NCBI GenBank assembly: GCA_965223345.1
Contig: CBDCWG010000012.1
Location: 3,168,001-3,232,000, forward strand
DNA: 64,000 nt
Reading direction: 5' to 3'
Origin: Nitrospinales bacterium
GTDB taxonomy: Bacteria; Nitrospinota; Nitrospinia; Nitrospinales; VA-1
The position numbers and the translations under genes are program-made. The notes under the pieces are model-generated. The model was not told where the DNA came from and did not search any database. It saw only the letters and a program-made list of their open reading frames with translations. Within the stretch, counting starts at the first letter, position 1, and every line of letters begins with the position of its first letter. Below are positions 11,005 to 21,173 of this stretch, in pieces.

Positions 11005-12155
11005 CGATGTTTCTGAAACCGCTCTTCAATGAAATGCTGAATTCGATCGGAAAAGAGCTGCGTGTCAAATTGAAGTGCGTTGTTTCTGTTGGTTTCGGAT
11101 TGGAACCGCTGCTCGATGGTTTCGAAATGCCTGACGGCGGAGGCGAGCGCTTCGGGAGTCTGCTCGTAGAAATAAACTCCCGTGGGATGGGCTGTTTTTG
11201 CTTCCGGCACTCCGGTTTCCGGCTTCCAGGTCTGGCGGTCCGGAATCACCGTCTCCAAAGCACCCCCCCGCGCCAGAGCGATCACGGGCCGCCCCATGCA
11301 CTGAGCTTCCAGGGGGGTGATGCCGAAATCCTCTTCCCCGCAGAAAATGAAGGCTCTGCACCGGGCATAATAGGAACGAAGTTCGTCCCCCACCTGCCAG
11401 CCCTTAAACTGCACGTTCGGGCCGGCAATTTTCTTCAATTCTTTCGCCATTTGCCCATCACCCACGACGACCAGAGGATATCCCAAACGATTGAAGGCTT
11501 CAACCGCTAAATCCACCCGCTTGTAGGGAGCGAACGCCGAAACGACCAGGAAAAAATCCTCCGGTTCTTCCCCTGTGGGTGTATAAAAATCGCTGTCCAC
11601 CGGACAGTGGATCACAGTGGATTCCCGATTGTAGTATGATTTTATGCGCTTTTGCACGTGGCGGGAAATGGCGATGAATTCATCCACGCCCCGGTTGGAG
11701 CGCACATCCCACCGCCTGAGGGGCGGGGCGATGAGCTTCATGGCCGCGGCGGTCGCGATGCCGCTCGTCCTGACATTGAAATACTCGTCGTACTGGTCCC
11801 AGATGTAGCGCATGGGGGTGTAGCAATACGAAATGTGCAGTGCTCCCCTTGGAACCCGGACCCCTTTCGCCACGCAATGGCTGCTGCTCAATATCAGGTC
11901 GTGCCCTGTCAAATCGAGCGACCGGATCGCCCAGAGCATCAGAGGCAGGTATTGCCGGTAACGGGATTCGATTGCAGGAAAGGATTGTAGGAAGCTGGTG
12001 TGGATCCTGCGGGATTCGATCAGGGGGGACAGCTTGCCGGGGATGTGGAGAAGCGTGAACAGGTCGGCGTCCGGATACAACCGGCAGAAGACTTCGAGGC
12101 AGTTCTCGCCTCCCCGCATGCCTGTCAGCCAATCGTGGACAATCGCGACTTTCAT
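10998..12155 (-). CDS. Glycosyltransferase family 4
   Basis: MKVAIVHDWLTGMRGGE, SSSHCVAKG, EEDFGITPLEA. Confidence 0.92.
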   Translation of the reverse strand: MKVAIVHDWLTGMRGGENCLEVFCRLYPDADLFTLLHIPGKLSPLIESRRIHTSFLQSFPAIESRYRQYLPLMLWAIRSLDLTGHDLILSSSHCVAKGVRVPRGALHISYCYTPMRYIWDQYDEYFNVRTSGIATAAAMKLIAPPLRRWDVRSNRGVDEFIAISRHVQKRIKSYYNRESTVIHCPVDSDFYTPTGEEPEDFFLVVSAFAPYKRVDLAVEAFNRLGYPLVVVGDGQMAKELKKIAGPNVQFKGWQVGDELRSYYARCRAFIFCGEEDFGITPLEAQCMGRPVIALARGGALETVIPDRQTWKPETGVPEAKTAHPTGVYFYEQTPEALASAVRHFETIEQRFQSETNRNNALQFDTQLFSDRIQHFIEERFQKHRC

Positions 12156-12206
12156 CTGGGAGAGCGACCTCTCCCCTGGGAACGTGACTGCGGAAAAACC
12201 GCGAGA

Positions 12207-13148
12207 TCACTGAATTTCATTCAACTGGGACAGGATCTTGCCGCGCACGTCCGCGGGCGGGTTGTACTTCAGCGCGGTTTCCAGAACGTCCACGGCGCGG
12301 CTGGACTCGCCTTTCTTGTAGTAGCTGACACCCATCATGAGGCGCGAATCGTGCGCCTTGTTGCCGTTGGGATACTGGTTGAGCAGGGTGTCGAACTGCT
12401 TGATGGCGTCGTCGTACATTTCCAGCTTCACGTAGTTGCTGCCGATCCAGTACAGGATGTTGTCCTTCAGGCTGGCGGGCGGATTGCTGAGGGCGAAATT
12501 CTGGAACAGCAGGATGGATTCGTCGTAATTGCCGCTGTTGTAGGCCGCGAGCGCCTGCTTGTATTCCGGGGGCGTTCCGCTGCCGGATGCACCGGAAGGC
12601 TTGCGCGACATGCCGCGCGTTTTCGCGGGGCCACCCCGGCCGGATTTGAGGCCGCTGATCTCGTCGTTGAGCATGGCCACCTGGCGTTTCAACTCCTCCA
12701 CCTCCGGTTCGAGAAATTCCGACTGGCTGGAAGCGGCGGACAGGCTGCCTTCCAGACGCTCCTGGGTGGCGCTGACCTTGGGCTCCAGCGTGATGAGGAT
12801 TTCCTCCAGCTCCCGGACCTTGCTGATCAGGGCTTCCTGCTGGGATTGCAGGCTCTGCACGTCGCCTTTCAGCTCATTGGCGTCGGCTGCGGGATCGAGG
12901 CTGGAAAAACCGCTGTCGCCGCCGCCGCTGTCGATCAGCGAACTGTCCTCCGCAAAAAATTCGTCCTCGGACGAGGTGCTGGCTTTTTGCAGATTCTGCT
13001 CGTCTTCAAAGGGGAAATCCTCTTCGAAGGCCAGGTCTTCCTCGTCGTCGTCGCCGATCCAGGGAATGTAGCTGCAACCGTTCAGGACCAGGGGTGAGAC
13101 CACAAGGAAAATCGTCAGAAATTTCAGCAAAGTCTTTTTTGCGGACAT
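12207..13148 (-). CDS. CpoB/YbgF-like TPR lipoprotein with acidic N-terminus and coiled coil
   Basis: Lipobox LNGC; acidic stretch; coiled coil; C-terminal TPRs (ILYWIG..Y, YPNGNKA). Confidence 0.75.
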   Translation of the reverse strand: MSAKKTLLKFLTIFLVVSPLVLNGCSYIPWIGDDDEEDLAFEEDFPFEDEQNLQKASTSSEDEFFAEDSSLIDSGGGDSGFSSLDPAADANELKGDVQSLQSQQEALISKVRELEEILITLEPKVSATQERLEGSLSAASSQSEFLEPEVEELKRQVAMLNDEISGLKSGRGGPAKTRGMSRKPSGASGSGTPPEYKQALAAYNSGNYDESILLFQNFALSNPPASLKDNILYWIGSNYVKLEMYDDAIKQFDTLLNQYPNGNKAHDSRLMMGVSYYKKGESSRAVDVLETALKYNPPADVRGKILSQLNEIQ

Positions 13149-13202
13149 ACGTTTCTCCCTCAATTTTGGGAACGACACTTAATAACCCTTAAGATTCAAA
13201 GG

Positions 13203-13231
13203 ATTATATTGAGAGGTTGTTTGCCTGTCAA
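13203..13231 (-). promoter_or_regulatory. Consensus sigma70 promoter TTGACA-17-TATAAT
   Basis: Exact hexamers and spacing, about 55 bp upstream of the 13148 start. Confidence 0.85.
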
Positions 13232-13361
13232 CACAAATAACCCACCTGTGATTTCAGCTTACTCATTTTTTATCAAGGATTTCAAGAGATCTTTCGCTCC
13301 TTTGTTACAATTTAAATCTCCTTACAACAAATTCAATACCTATTTTTTAAAAGCAAAATTT

Positions 13362-14531
13362 TCAGACCGTTAGCGTTTTTTTTCGATTCAATTCGACGAG
13401 TCGCGCCAATTCGCGCGTCACCGTGTCGATTTGTGCTTCGTGGTTGTCTTTTCCGAGGCTCACACGCAAAGAACCTTCGATCGACCCGGCTGCGACGCCC
13501 ATCGCTTCCAGCACATGCGAGGGCTGCCCCGATCCGGAGCTGCACGCCGAGCCGGTGGAGACGGAAATGCCGCCGGTATCGAGACCGATCATCAACGCCT
13601 CGCCGGAAGCGCCGGGGATGGAAAACCCGAGCGTGTTGGGCAGCCGGTGCCGGGGGTCGCCCCACAACTCGACGCCGGGAACGGTTGTGGAAATGGCGTC
13701 CCAGAAGCGGTCGCGCAGGGCGCGCATGCGCTCGGGCTCGCCGTCTGCGATGCGCCGGGCGGCGAGTTCACAGGCTTTGCCGAATCCGACGATGCCCGGC
13801 ACGTTCTCGGTGCCGCCGCGGCGCTTTTTCTCCTGGTTGCCGCCGCTGATCGGGGAATAGACGGGAGGCAGCCCCTTGCGCATGAACAAGGCGCCGGTGC
13901 CTTTGGGACCGTAGAGTTTGTGCGAAGAAATCGACAGAAAATCCACCGGCAGCGCCCCGGCATCGACGGGAATCTTGCCCACGCTCTGCACCGCATCGCA
14001 ATGAAACAGCGCCCCGCCCTGCCGCGCGATGCTCCCCAGGGTTTCGATGTCCTGCAGCGTGCCCACCTCGCTGTTGGCGTGCTGGATGCTGACGAGAATG
14101 GTGGAATCGGTCATCGCACGCTTTAAATCTTCGGGGTCGATGCGGCCCTGCCCGTCCACCGGCAGAAACGTCAGCGAAAAGCCAAGCGATTGCAGTTGAC
14201 GGCAGGGGTTCAACACCGCGGGGTGTTCGAGGGCGCTGGTGACGATGTGCCGCTCCTTGTCCTTGAGCGCCAGGGCCGTGCCCAGCAGGGCGAAATTGTT
14301 CGATTCGGTGCCGCCGCTGGTGAACAGGATCTCCGCCGGATGCGCGCCGATCAGCCCCGCGACCTGCTCGCGCGCTTCGTCCAGGCGCACCCGCGCCCGG
14401 CGGCCCTCGAAATGAATGCTGGAGGGATTGCCGAACTCCGCCTCGAGCAAAGGCAGCATGGCCGCACGCACCTCGGGATCCAGCGGCGTGGTGGCATTGT
14501 GATCGAGATAGATTCGCTTCGTTGCGGACAA
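13362..14531 (-). CDS. iscS: Cysteine desulfurase (IscS/NifS class)
   Basis: IYLDHNATT, FTSGGTE, SSHKLYGPKG, STGSACSSG; TTG start inferred from GGAG RBS. Confidence 0.92.
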   Translation of the reverse strand: MSATKRIYLDHNATTPLDPEVRAAMLPLLEAEFGNPSSIHFEGRRARVRLDEAREQVAGLIGAHPAEILFTSGGTESNNFALLGTALALKDKERHIVTSALEHPAVLNPCRQLQSLGFSLTFLPVDGQGRIDPEDLKRAMTDSTILVSIQHANSEVGTLQDIETLGSIARQGGALFHCDAVQSVGKIPVDAGALPVDFLSISSHKLYGPKGTGALFMRKGLPPVYSPISGGNQEKKRRGGTENVPGIVGFGKACELAARRIADGEPERMRALRDRFWDAISTTVPGVELWGDPRHRLPNTLGFSIPGASGEALMIGLDTGGISVSTGSACSSGSGQPSHVLEAMGVAAGSIEGSLRVSLGKDNHEAQIDTVTRELARLVELNRKKTLTV

Positions 14532-14636
14532 AACGCATCTCCGTTTCGCCGTCTGCAAACGGCGGTCGCGGTCCTGCGCACTCGGTGCGGAAAACCCGCG
14601 CCGCATGCCAACGGACCGCTCATTGGGGAAGCAGGC

Positions 14637-15302
14637 TCAGACGATGTCTTTCTGCTCTTTCAGGGCGTCCTTCAACGCCCGGATTTCTTTTTCCATCTGG
14701 GGAATGCGTTCGAGCATGCATTCGATCGCGCGCGCGACCGGGTCGGGAAAGGACTCGAGCCCCTCGTCGCTTTCCTGCTCGGAAGAGATGCCGGAAAAGA
14801 CCACACGGCCGGGCACGCCGATGACGGTGGAGTATTCGGGAACGTCCTGCAGCACCACCGAACCGGAACCGATCTTGGTGTTTTCTCCGATCGTCACCGG
14901 GCCGAGCACCTGCGCGCCGGCGCCGATCACCACATTGTCGCCCACCGTGGGGTGGCGCTTGCCCTTTTTCATGCTCAGGCCCCCCAGGGTAACGCCGTGG
15001 TAGATGAAGACGTTGTCGCCCACTTCGGAGGTCTCGCCGATCACCACTCCCATCCCGTGGTCGATGAAAAAACGCCGGCCGATTTTGGCGGCGGGATGGA
15101 TTTCGATGCCGGTGATCCAGCGGAAAAAATAGGACACCAGCCGGCCCAGCAGCTGCAGGTTGTGGTTCCACATCCAATGGGAAAACCGGTAGGCGATCAG
15201 CGCGTGCACGCCCGGATAGCAGATCATCACTTCCAGAACATTGCGTGCGGCCGGGTCCTTTTCCAAAGCGATCCGGACATCTTCTTTGATCTGATCGAAC
15301 AT
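14637..15302 (-). CDS. cysE: Serine O-acetyltransferase
   Basis: [34 protein letters not shown]. Confidence 0.96.
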   Translation of the reverse strand: MFDQIKEDVRIALEKDPAARNVLEVMICYPGVHALIAYRFSHWMWNHNLQLLGRLVSYFFRWITGIEIHPAAKIGRRFFIDHGMGVVIGETSEVGDNVFIYHGVTLGGLSMKKGKRHPTVGDNVVIGAGAQVLGPVTIGENTKIGSGSVVLQDVPEYSTVIGVPGRVVFSGISSEQESDEGLESFPDPVARAIECMLERIPQMEKEIRALKDALKEQKDIV

Positions 15303-15399
15303 GGCGCGTTCCAGGGGATAGGGAAGTAACTATTTGTAAATTTTATTATATAAATCCCCACATTCCAACCGCAAACCGCGAAACCGCCTGTGAAAAGCA

Positions 15400-15428
15400 A
15401 AAAGGCGGCCGGGGGCGGGCCGCCTTTT
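15400..15428. terminator. Intrinsic terminator hairpin
   Basis: AAAAGGCGGCC-loop-GGCCGCCTTTT downstream of the glycine-zipper genes. Confidence 0.7.
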
Positions 15429-15478
15429 CATTATCCTTCTCCACTTGAAAACCGGCCGTTCAGAGACGGCGCCGGCGT

Positions 15479-15877
15479 TCAATTGATCACATTGTGCCCA
15501 CGCTGGCGCATGCAGTTTATATACGAACGCTTGTACTGGTCTTCCGCTCCAAGCCCGCCTCGCGCGCCTCCGCTGACTCCGCCTGCGGCCGCACCGATGG
15601 CGGCTCCCCGGCCGGGAGACCCGACGGCGGCTCCGATGATCGCGCCGCCCACCGCGCCGATCGCACCGCCCACCAGAGCGCCTTTGCCGGTTTCAGCGCC
15701 GGTCCCGCCGGACGCGCTTTTGGCCAACTGCCGGCATTGCACCAGATCGCGGTCGATGTTTCCGGCATTGGGATCGTTGTAGGGATCCACCGTGGGCGTC
15801 CAGCCGCCCTGCGAAGCGCAGCCCGAAACGGCAAACGCCAAGAGCAACAACGCCAATGAGGCCATTTTTTTGGTCAT
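15479..15877 (-). CDS. Glycine-zipper lipoprotein (paralog 1)
   Basis: Lipobox VSGC; GALVGGAIGA..GA.IGAA.G glycine zipper; C-terminal YINCMR.RGH. Confidence 0.85.
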   Translation of the reverse strand: MTKKMASLALLLLAFAVSGCASQGGWTPTVDPYNDPNAGNIDRDLVQCRQLAKSASGGTGAETGKGALVGGAIGAVGGAIIGAAVGSPGRGAAIGAAAGGVSGGARGGLGAEDQYKRSYINCMRQRGHNVIN

Positions 15878-15908
15878 GGAACGACTCCTGAATGAGTGAC
15901 TTCGAGGG

Positions 15909-16304
15909 TTAATTGAGGACGTTGTGTCCCCGGTTGCGCATGCAGTTGATGTAGGCTCGCTTGTAGGTTTCCTCCGCGCCGAATCCCTGCTTCACCGCGC
16001 CGCCGACGCCACCCGCTGCCGCGCCCACCGCCGCGCCGAGACCGGGAGAACCGGCCGCCGCACCGATCGCCGCGCCTCCGGCGGCTCCGATCGCGCCGCC
16101 CACCAGAGCGCCCTTGCCGGTTTCAGCGGCGACATTGCCCGCAGTGCTGTGCGCCAGTTGCCGGCACTGCAGCTGATCGCGCTGGATGAATCCTGCGTTC
16201 GGGTCGTTGTAGGGATCCACCGTGGGCGTCCAGCCGCTCTGCGAAGCGCAGCCGGTGAAAACCAGGGCGAATACAGCCAAAGTGATTCGGTTTGCAATAG
16301 GCAT
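15909..16304 (-). CDS. Glycine-zipper lipoprotein (paralog 2)
   Basis: Lipobox FTGC; AGGAGG RBS before ATG 16304; highly similar to 15479-15877. Confidence 0.85.
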   Translation of the reverse strand: MPIANRITLAVFALVFTGCASQSGWTPTVDPYNDPNAGFIQRDQLQCRQLAHSTAGNVAAETGKGALVGGAIGAAGGAAIGAAAGSPGLGAAVGAAAGGVGGAVKQGFGAEETYKRAYINCMRNRGHNVLN

Positions 16305-16580
16305 GTCTGCCTCCTTTCTAAAACCCATCCGGGACCGTTGGATGTCGTCAAAATTCCGCACCGGGGCCGCTGGCCTCGATCGGTCTGTCGCTCAGCGGTC
16401 CAGAGCCTTACAAGGGTTCCCGTGTCGGCGCCGTGCCTGCAATTCCCTCTTATTATTCAACCTACCAACTCCCCTGAACATTTACAAGCAAATTTAATCA
16501 TAAATTTATACATATTAAGGACAGCAAATCAAACGCTTCCGGGCCCTGTGACCGCCCTCTCAAAAACAAGCCGCTCCCGG

Positions 16581-17363
16581 TCAAAGCAGTTTGCCCGCAT
16601 CGCTGGATTGCTGGTACTGCAGCAGCACCTCGTCCTGGGTTTCCTTGTCGGCGGACTTGTAGATGCGAATGGTGTCGAAGTGCTTGCCCTGCTGGATGCG
16701 CAATAGCTTGAGTCGCATCAATTCGAGCAGGGCGAGGAACGTGACGATCACCTCCTGCTTCCGGTGCAGGACTGTGAACAGCGATTCAAAGGTAATGGTT
16801 TCGGCGGCGTTGAGGATCTCCAGGATGTGCTCGATGCGGTCGGGCACGGAACAATGAACGATCTTGATCTCGTAATCTTTTTTGAATTCCTTGTTCTTGA
16901 GAATGTTCTGGAAGGCGTTCAACAGGTCGAACACGTTGGCCTCGACCATCACCTCGCCGTTGTCGCTTTCCTCCACCTCCAGATCGCTGCCGCGCAGAAA
17001 CACCTGCTGGCGGTCGTGTTCCTTGATCCGCAGCTCGAACGCCGCATCCTTGAAGCGCTGGTATTCCAGAAGGCGGCGCGTCAGGTCGGCGCGCGGATCG
17101 ACGCCCTCTTCCCCGTCCTCGCCGTCGGTTTCCTGAACCGGCAGCAGCACACGCGATTTGATGCGCGTCAACTCGGCGGCCATGACCAGGTACTCGCCCG
17201 CGACTTCCAGGTTGAGCTCCTGCATGAGATCGAGATAGCCGATGTACTGCTGGGTGATCTCCGCGACGGGGATGTCGTGGATGTCCATTTTCTGCTCGCG
17301 GATCAGATGCAGCAACAGATCGAGCGGCCCTTCAAAGATGTCGATTTTGCATTGGTAGTTCAT
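16581..17363 (-). CDS. scpA: Segregation and condensation protein A
   Basis: FEGPLDLLLHLI, YLVMAAEL..IKSR.LLP, VTFLALLEL. Confidence 0.95.
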   Translation of the reverse strand: MNYQCKIDIFEGPLDLLLHLIREQKMDIHDIPVAEITQQYIGYLDLMQELNLEVAGEYLVMAAELTRIKSRVLLPVQETDGEDGEEGVDPRADLTRRLLEYQRFKDAAFELRIKEHDRQQVFLRGSDLEVEESDNGEVMVEANVFDLLNAFQNILKNKEFKKDYEIKIVHCSVPDRIEHILEILNAAETITFESLFTVLHRKQEVIVTFLALLELMRLKLLRIQQGKHFDTIRIYKSADKETQDEVLLQYQQSSDAGKLL

Positions 17364-17542
17364 GGTCGGCCTGGTCGGTTTGGGAACGGGAACGCGTGTG
17401 AGCCCGGTTCGATGTGCGGGGAGCGTAACGACTCACGTGAAAGGACGGCTCGGATTGCGATGCCTTGTGCATGCAAAGGCATCTTTAAAAATTTATCATT
17501 TTTGCCGGCAGAATACAGCTTAAAAAATTGAAACGGCAGGGA

Positions 17543-18280
17543 TCACAGATCGCCCCAGCGCTGCTGCAGCAAAGACAGGGCCACCACCGGCGCGGTCTCG
17601 GCGCGCAGAATCCGCGGCCCCAGGCTCACCGCTTCGAAACCGCAGGCGCGGGCGGTTTCCACCTCGCGCGCCTGAAAGCCGCCCTCCGGCCCAGTCAGGC
17701 AGGCGATGGATGAAGGGGGCGATGGCGCCGCACAATCGCTGAGGCGGTGCTGCGTTTCCTCTTCCCAGAAGATCAGTTTGAGATCGGCATCCTCGTGTTC
17801 CTTGCAGAACGCTTCCACCGATTGAATTTTGGATTGCACTTCGGGGACCTGAGAGCGGCCGGACTGTTTCGCCGCCTCGCGGGCGATGCGCCGCCAGCGC
17901 TGGATTTTTTTCGCCTCTTCGGTGCGCAGCACTTTGACGACGCAGCGTTGCGCCCTTATGGGCGTGACCGCAACCGCCCCCAGCTCCACGGACTTTCTCA
18001 GCACCGTGTCGAATTTGTTGCCCTTGAGCAGCGCCTGGCCGATGTGGATGGCAACGGGGGATTCGGTGCGCGCGGGCGCTTGCGCTTCGATGCGGCCGGT
18101 GACCTGTCTGGCCGCGACGCCGGTCAGCCGGACCTCGAAGCGGCTGCCTTTGCCGTCCAGCACCTGCACGGTGTCGCCGGATTTGAGCCGGAGCACGGTG
18201 CGGATGTGGGCGACGTCCGATCCGCGCAGGGTGATCGTGTCGCCGCTGATGTCCTCGGGGCGCACGAAAAACCGGTGCAT
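17543..18280 (-). CDS. rsmE: 16S rRNA m3U1498 methyltransferase
   Basis: HIRTVLR, KSVELG, EAAKQSGR, GPEGGF, LGPRILRAETA. Confidence 0.95.
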   Translation of the reverse strand: MHRFFVRPEDISGDTITLRGSDVAHIRTVLRLKSGDTVQVLDGKGSRFEVRLTGVAARQVTGRIEAQAPARTESPVAIHIGQALLKGNKFDTVLRKSVELGAVAVTPIRAQRCVVKVLRTEEAKKIQRWRRIAREAAKQSGRSQVPEVQSKIQSVEAFCKEHEDADLKLIFWEEETQHRLSDCAAPSPPSSIACLTGPEGGFQAREVETARACGFEAVSLGPRILRAETAPVVALSLLQQRWGDL

Positions 18281-18284
18281 CGCT

Positions 18285-19004
18285 TCACACCCGGATGGAA
18301 ACGATGTCCAGCAGTTCGGTCAGGGATTGGAATTCGTAGTCGGGGTGGTCCTGCTGCCCGCGCGTCTGGCCCTTGCGGTTGATCCACGCGGCCTGCATGC
18401 CGGCGTTCTGCGCGCCGGCCACATCGTTGCGCAGCTGGTCGCCGACGTAGAGGATGTCCTTCGCCTCGAGTCCGAGAAACCCGACGGCCGCTTCGAAAAT
18501 GGAAGGATGCGGTTTGCGGAACGGCATTTCGGAGGAGAAGATGGAAAAAGCGAAATAGGGATTCACGCCGCTGCATTCCTGCTCCAGCCGCTTGATGAAA
18601 CCGGGGTTGGTGGTGTTGGAGATGACGCCCATCGGGATTCCCGCCGCCTTGAGCCCCTCCAGCGTGGGCATGACATCGGGGAACAGCCGGCGCACCGAGT
18701 ACACTTCCTCGTAGTAGATTTCGAGGATCTCCCGTTCCGTGGTTTTTCCGGCGATGTCGATGGCATAGTGCAGGATCAGCAGATGCAGCACGTCGGCGAA
18801 GCAGGCTTCGCGGTGGTTCTTGCGCGATTCCTCGATCATCTTGTAGAACAGCGTGCGGTACAGGTCGTAGGCGCTGTCAAAATCCGGCACCACCACGTCC
18901 TTGTTGCGCAAAAATTCGAACATGCGCCGAAAGGGTCTGCGGTCGTCCTCATCGACCAGATCGGCGAGTGTCCACGCCCAGTCAAAAACCACAGCTTTGA
19001 TCAA
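18285..19004 (-). CDS. HAD-superfamily hydrolase
   Basis: VFDWAWTL, ISNT, KPHPSIF, VGDQLRNDVAGA. Confidence 0.88.
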   Translation of the reverse strand: MIKAVVFDWAWTLADLVDEDDRRPFRRMFEFLRNKDVVVPDFDSAYDLYRTLFYKMIEESRKNHREACFADVLHLLILHYAIDIAGKTTEREILEIYYEEVYSVRRLFPDVMPTLEGLKAAGIPMGVISNTTNPGFIKRLEQECSGVNPYFAFSIFSSEMPFRKPHPSIFEAAVGFLGLEAKDILYVGDQLRNDVAGAQNAGMQAAWINRKGQTRGQQDHPDYEFQSLTELLDIVSIRV

Positions 19005-19345
19005 TTGTCTTGCCCCCGCATTAGAATGTTTATTTTGTTATTCGGCTCTCCGGGAGCCGGGTGAAGGCAACCCGATGGATTGAAGGCTTAACCGTATAGT
19101 TCTTAAAAGGTTATGCGGCCCCTGTGCGGAAGGGAGCCTCCAAATGCGGCGCATCGCCAGCCAGGGAAGGATTTTTTTCGCAGCAGCACTCGATGGCCCT
19201 TGCCATGACCTGGGATACGAAGTACGATCACAGAACATCTCGATCACCATCGCACCCGCTAGTTGCATGATAAAATAGATTTTCCGATCCGGGAAATAAA
19301 AAATTCAATCTGCAGGGTTTCAGGCCGCAAACGCCGGGAACGGTC

Positions 19346-19891
19346 ATGGAAACGGATATTCCCAATATAAGAAGGCTGCCTCTGAGTGCCCAGAACCATC
19401 AGCAGATGATTCAGGACGCGATGGAGCGGGGCTGCGCCCGGGCCAAGATCATCGAGATCGGCAGTGTGGCGATCCGGCCCTGGGTGAAACTGCATTGCCA
19501 GTACGGATGCCCGAACTACGGCCGCATCCTCACCTGTCCGCCGTTCACCCCCCACTCCGACGAAATGGCGGAAATCCTCCTCGATTACCGCAAGGCCATC
19601 CTCATCCACACGCAGCCGGAAGCGAATCTGCGGGAAATCGTGATCGGCCTCGAAGGCAGCTGCAAAACCCGCGGTTTTTTCAAGGCTTTCGCATTGTGCT
19701 CCGGCCCCTGCAACGTGTGCGAGGAATGCACGGTGGACACGCTGTGCAAGTATCCCGAGAAGACCCGCCCCACCCTGCAGGCCTGCGGTATTGACGTGCA
19801 CAGCACGGTGTCCAATAATGGGTGGGGGGATCTGCAGAATCTGACCCCCTGCGGCCAGGAAAACAACATCGGCATGGTTCTGCTCGACTGA
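19346..19891 (+). CDS. DUF2284 family Cys-rich metal-binding protein
   Basis: CQYGCPNYG...CPP, GPCNVCEEC...CKYP..RP...ACGIDV. Confidence 0.85.
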   Translation: METDIPNIRRLPLSAQNHQQMIQDAMERGCARAKIIEIGSVAIRPWVKLHCQYGCPNYGRILTCPPFTPHSDEMAEILLDYRKAILIHTQPEANLREIVIGLEGSCKTRGFFKAFALCSGPCNVCEECTVDTLCKYPEKTRPTLQACGIDVHSTVSNNGWGDLQNLTPCGQENNIGMVLLD

Positions 19892-19965
19892 GCGCACCGT
19901 TCGTTCCCTCCGCTCAATCCATCTGTCCAGCATTCGAATTATCATCTATCAGTGAAAGTGAATTC

Positions 19966-21138
19966 ATGGGATACCAATACGCGATTTTAGGGGCGGGACG
20001 TCAGGGCCTCGCCGCCGCTTACGACCTGGGCCGCTTTGGCGACGCCGAAAAGGTGAAACTGTTCGACATCGATCCCGCCGCGGCGAACGCGGGTGCGGAG
20101 CGGTTGAACCGCCTGCTCGACACCGGCCGTTTTTCCGGCGCGGCGCTCGACGCCTCCGACACCGGCTCCCTCGTCAATGCGCTCAAAGGCATCGACGCGG
20201 CGGTCAGCGCGGTGCCGTTCGCCTTCAACCTGGCGATCACGCAAGCCGCGGTGCAGTGCGGCTCGAGCCTCTGCGATCTGGGCGGACACACGGACACGGT
20301 GCGGGAGCAGCTCAAACTCGACGCCGACGCCCGTGCAGCCGGCGTCACCATCACGCCCGACTGCGGCATGGGGCCGGGGCTCAACATCTCGATGGGGATT
20401 CTCGCCATGTCGTTCATCGAGGAACCGGAAGACGTGCTGATCTGGGACGGCGGGCTGCCGCAGGATCCCAAGCCGCCCTGGCATTACGAGCTGGGCTTTC
20501 ACATCAACGGGCTGACCAACGAATACTACGGCGACGCGTATTTTCTGCGCGGTGGGGAAGTGACTCCGGTGGCCTGCCTCACCGAACGGGAGACGCTGGA
20601 ATTCGACGCGCCGCTGGGCAAACTGGAAGCGGCGGTGACCTCCGGCGGGCTTTCCACAGCGCCCTGGACCCTGGCCGGCAAACTCAAAAGGCTGGAAAAC
20701 AAAACCCTGCGCTATCCCGGTCACTGGGATCAGTTCACCGCGTTTCAACAGCTGGGGCTGTTCGAGGAAGCCCCCATCCCGGTGGACGGGGTTTCGGTCT
20801 CGCCGCGCGCCCTCTATCACGCGCTGCTGGAACCGAAGATCGTTCCCGGCAATATCCGCGACATCTGCGTGATCCGCACGCGCTGCAACGGCAAAAGTGA
20901 GGGCAAGGCCGCCTCCTGCACGCTGGAGCTCATCGAAACGCACGACGCGGATACCGGCTTCACGGCGATGGAAAAACTCACCGGCTGGCACGCGGCGATG
21001 GTGGCGATCCTTTCCGCCCAGGGCAGGATCGCACGCGGGGCGGTGCCGGTGGAAACGGCGCTGACAGCCGAAGCGCTGGCCAAGGAAGCGCCGCGCCGGG
21101 GATGGAAAATCAAAAACGACACGGTTGTGGGAGACTGA
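19966..21138 (+). CDS. Saccharopine dehydrogenase / lysine 6-dehydrogenase family oxidoreductase
   Basis: GAGRQG Rossmann motif, DLGG, DCGMGPG, GGLPQ, KTLRYPGH. Confidence 0.88.
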   Translation: MGYQYAILGAGRQGLAAAYDLGRFGDAEKVKLFDIDPAAANAGAERLNRLLDTGRFSGAALDASDTGSLVNALKGIDAAVSAVPFAFNLAITQAAVQCGSSLCDLGGHTDTVREQLKLDADARAAGVTITPDCGMGPGLNISMGILAMSFIEEPEDVLIWDGGLPQDPKPPWHYELGFHINGLTNEYYGDAYFLRGGEVTPVACLTERETLEFDAPLGKLEAAVTSGGLSTAPWTLAGKLKRLENKTLRYPGHWDQFTAFQQLGLFEEAPIPVDGVSVSPRALYHALLEPKIVPGNIRDICVIRTRCNGKSEGKAASCTLELIETHDADTGFTAMEKLTGWHAAMVAILSAQGRIARGAVPVETALTAEALAKEAPRRGWKIKNDTVVGD

Positions 21139-21173
21139 GTTTCAAGACAGCACAGACCGGCCCCTGCAAATTC

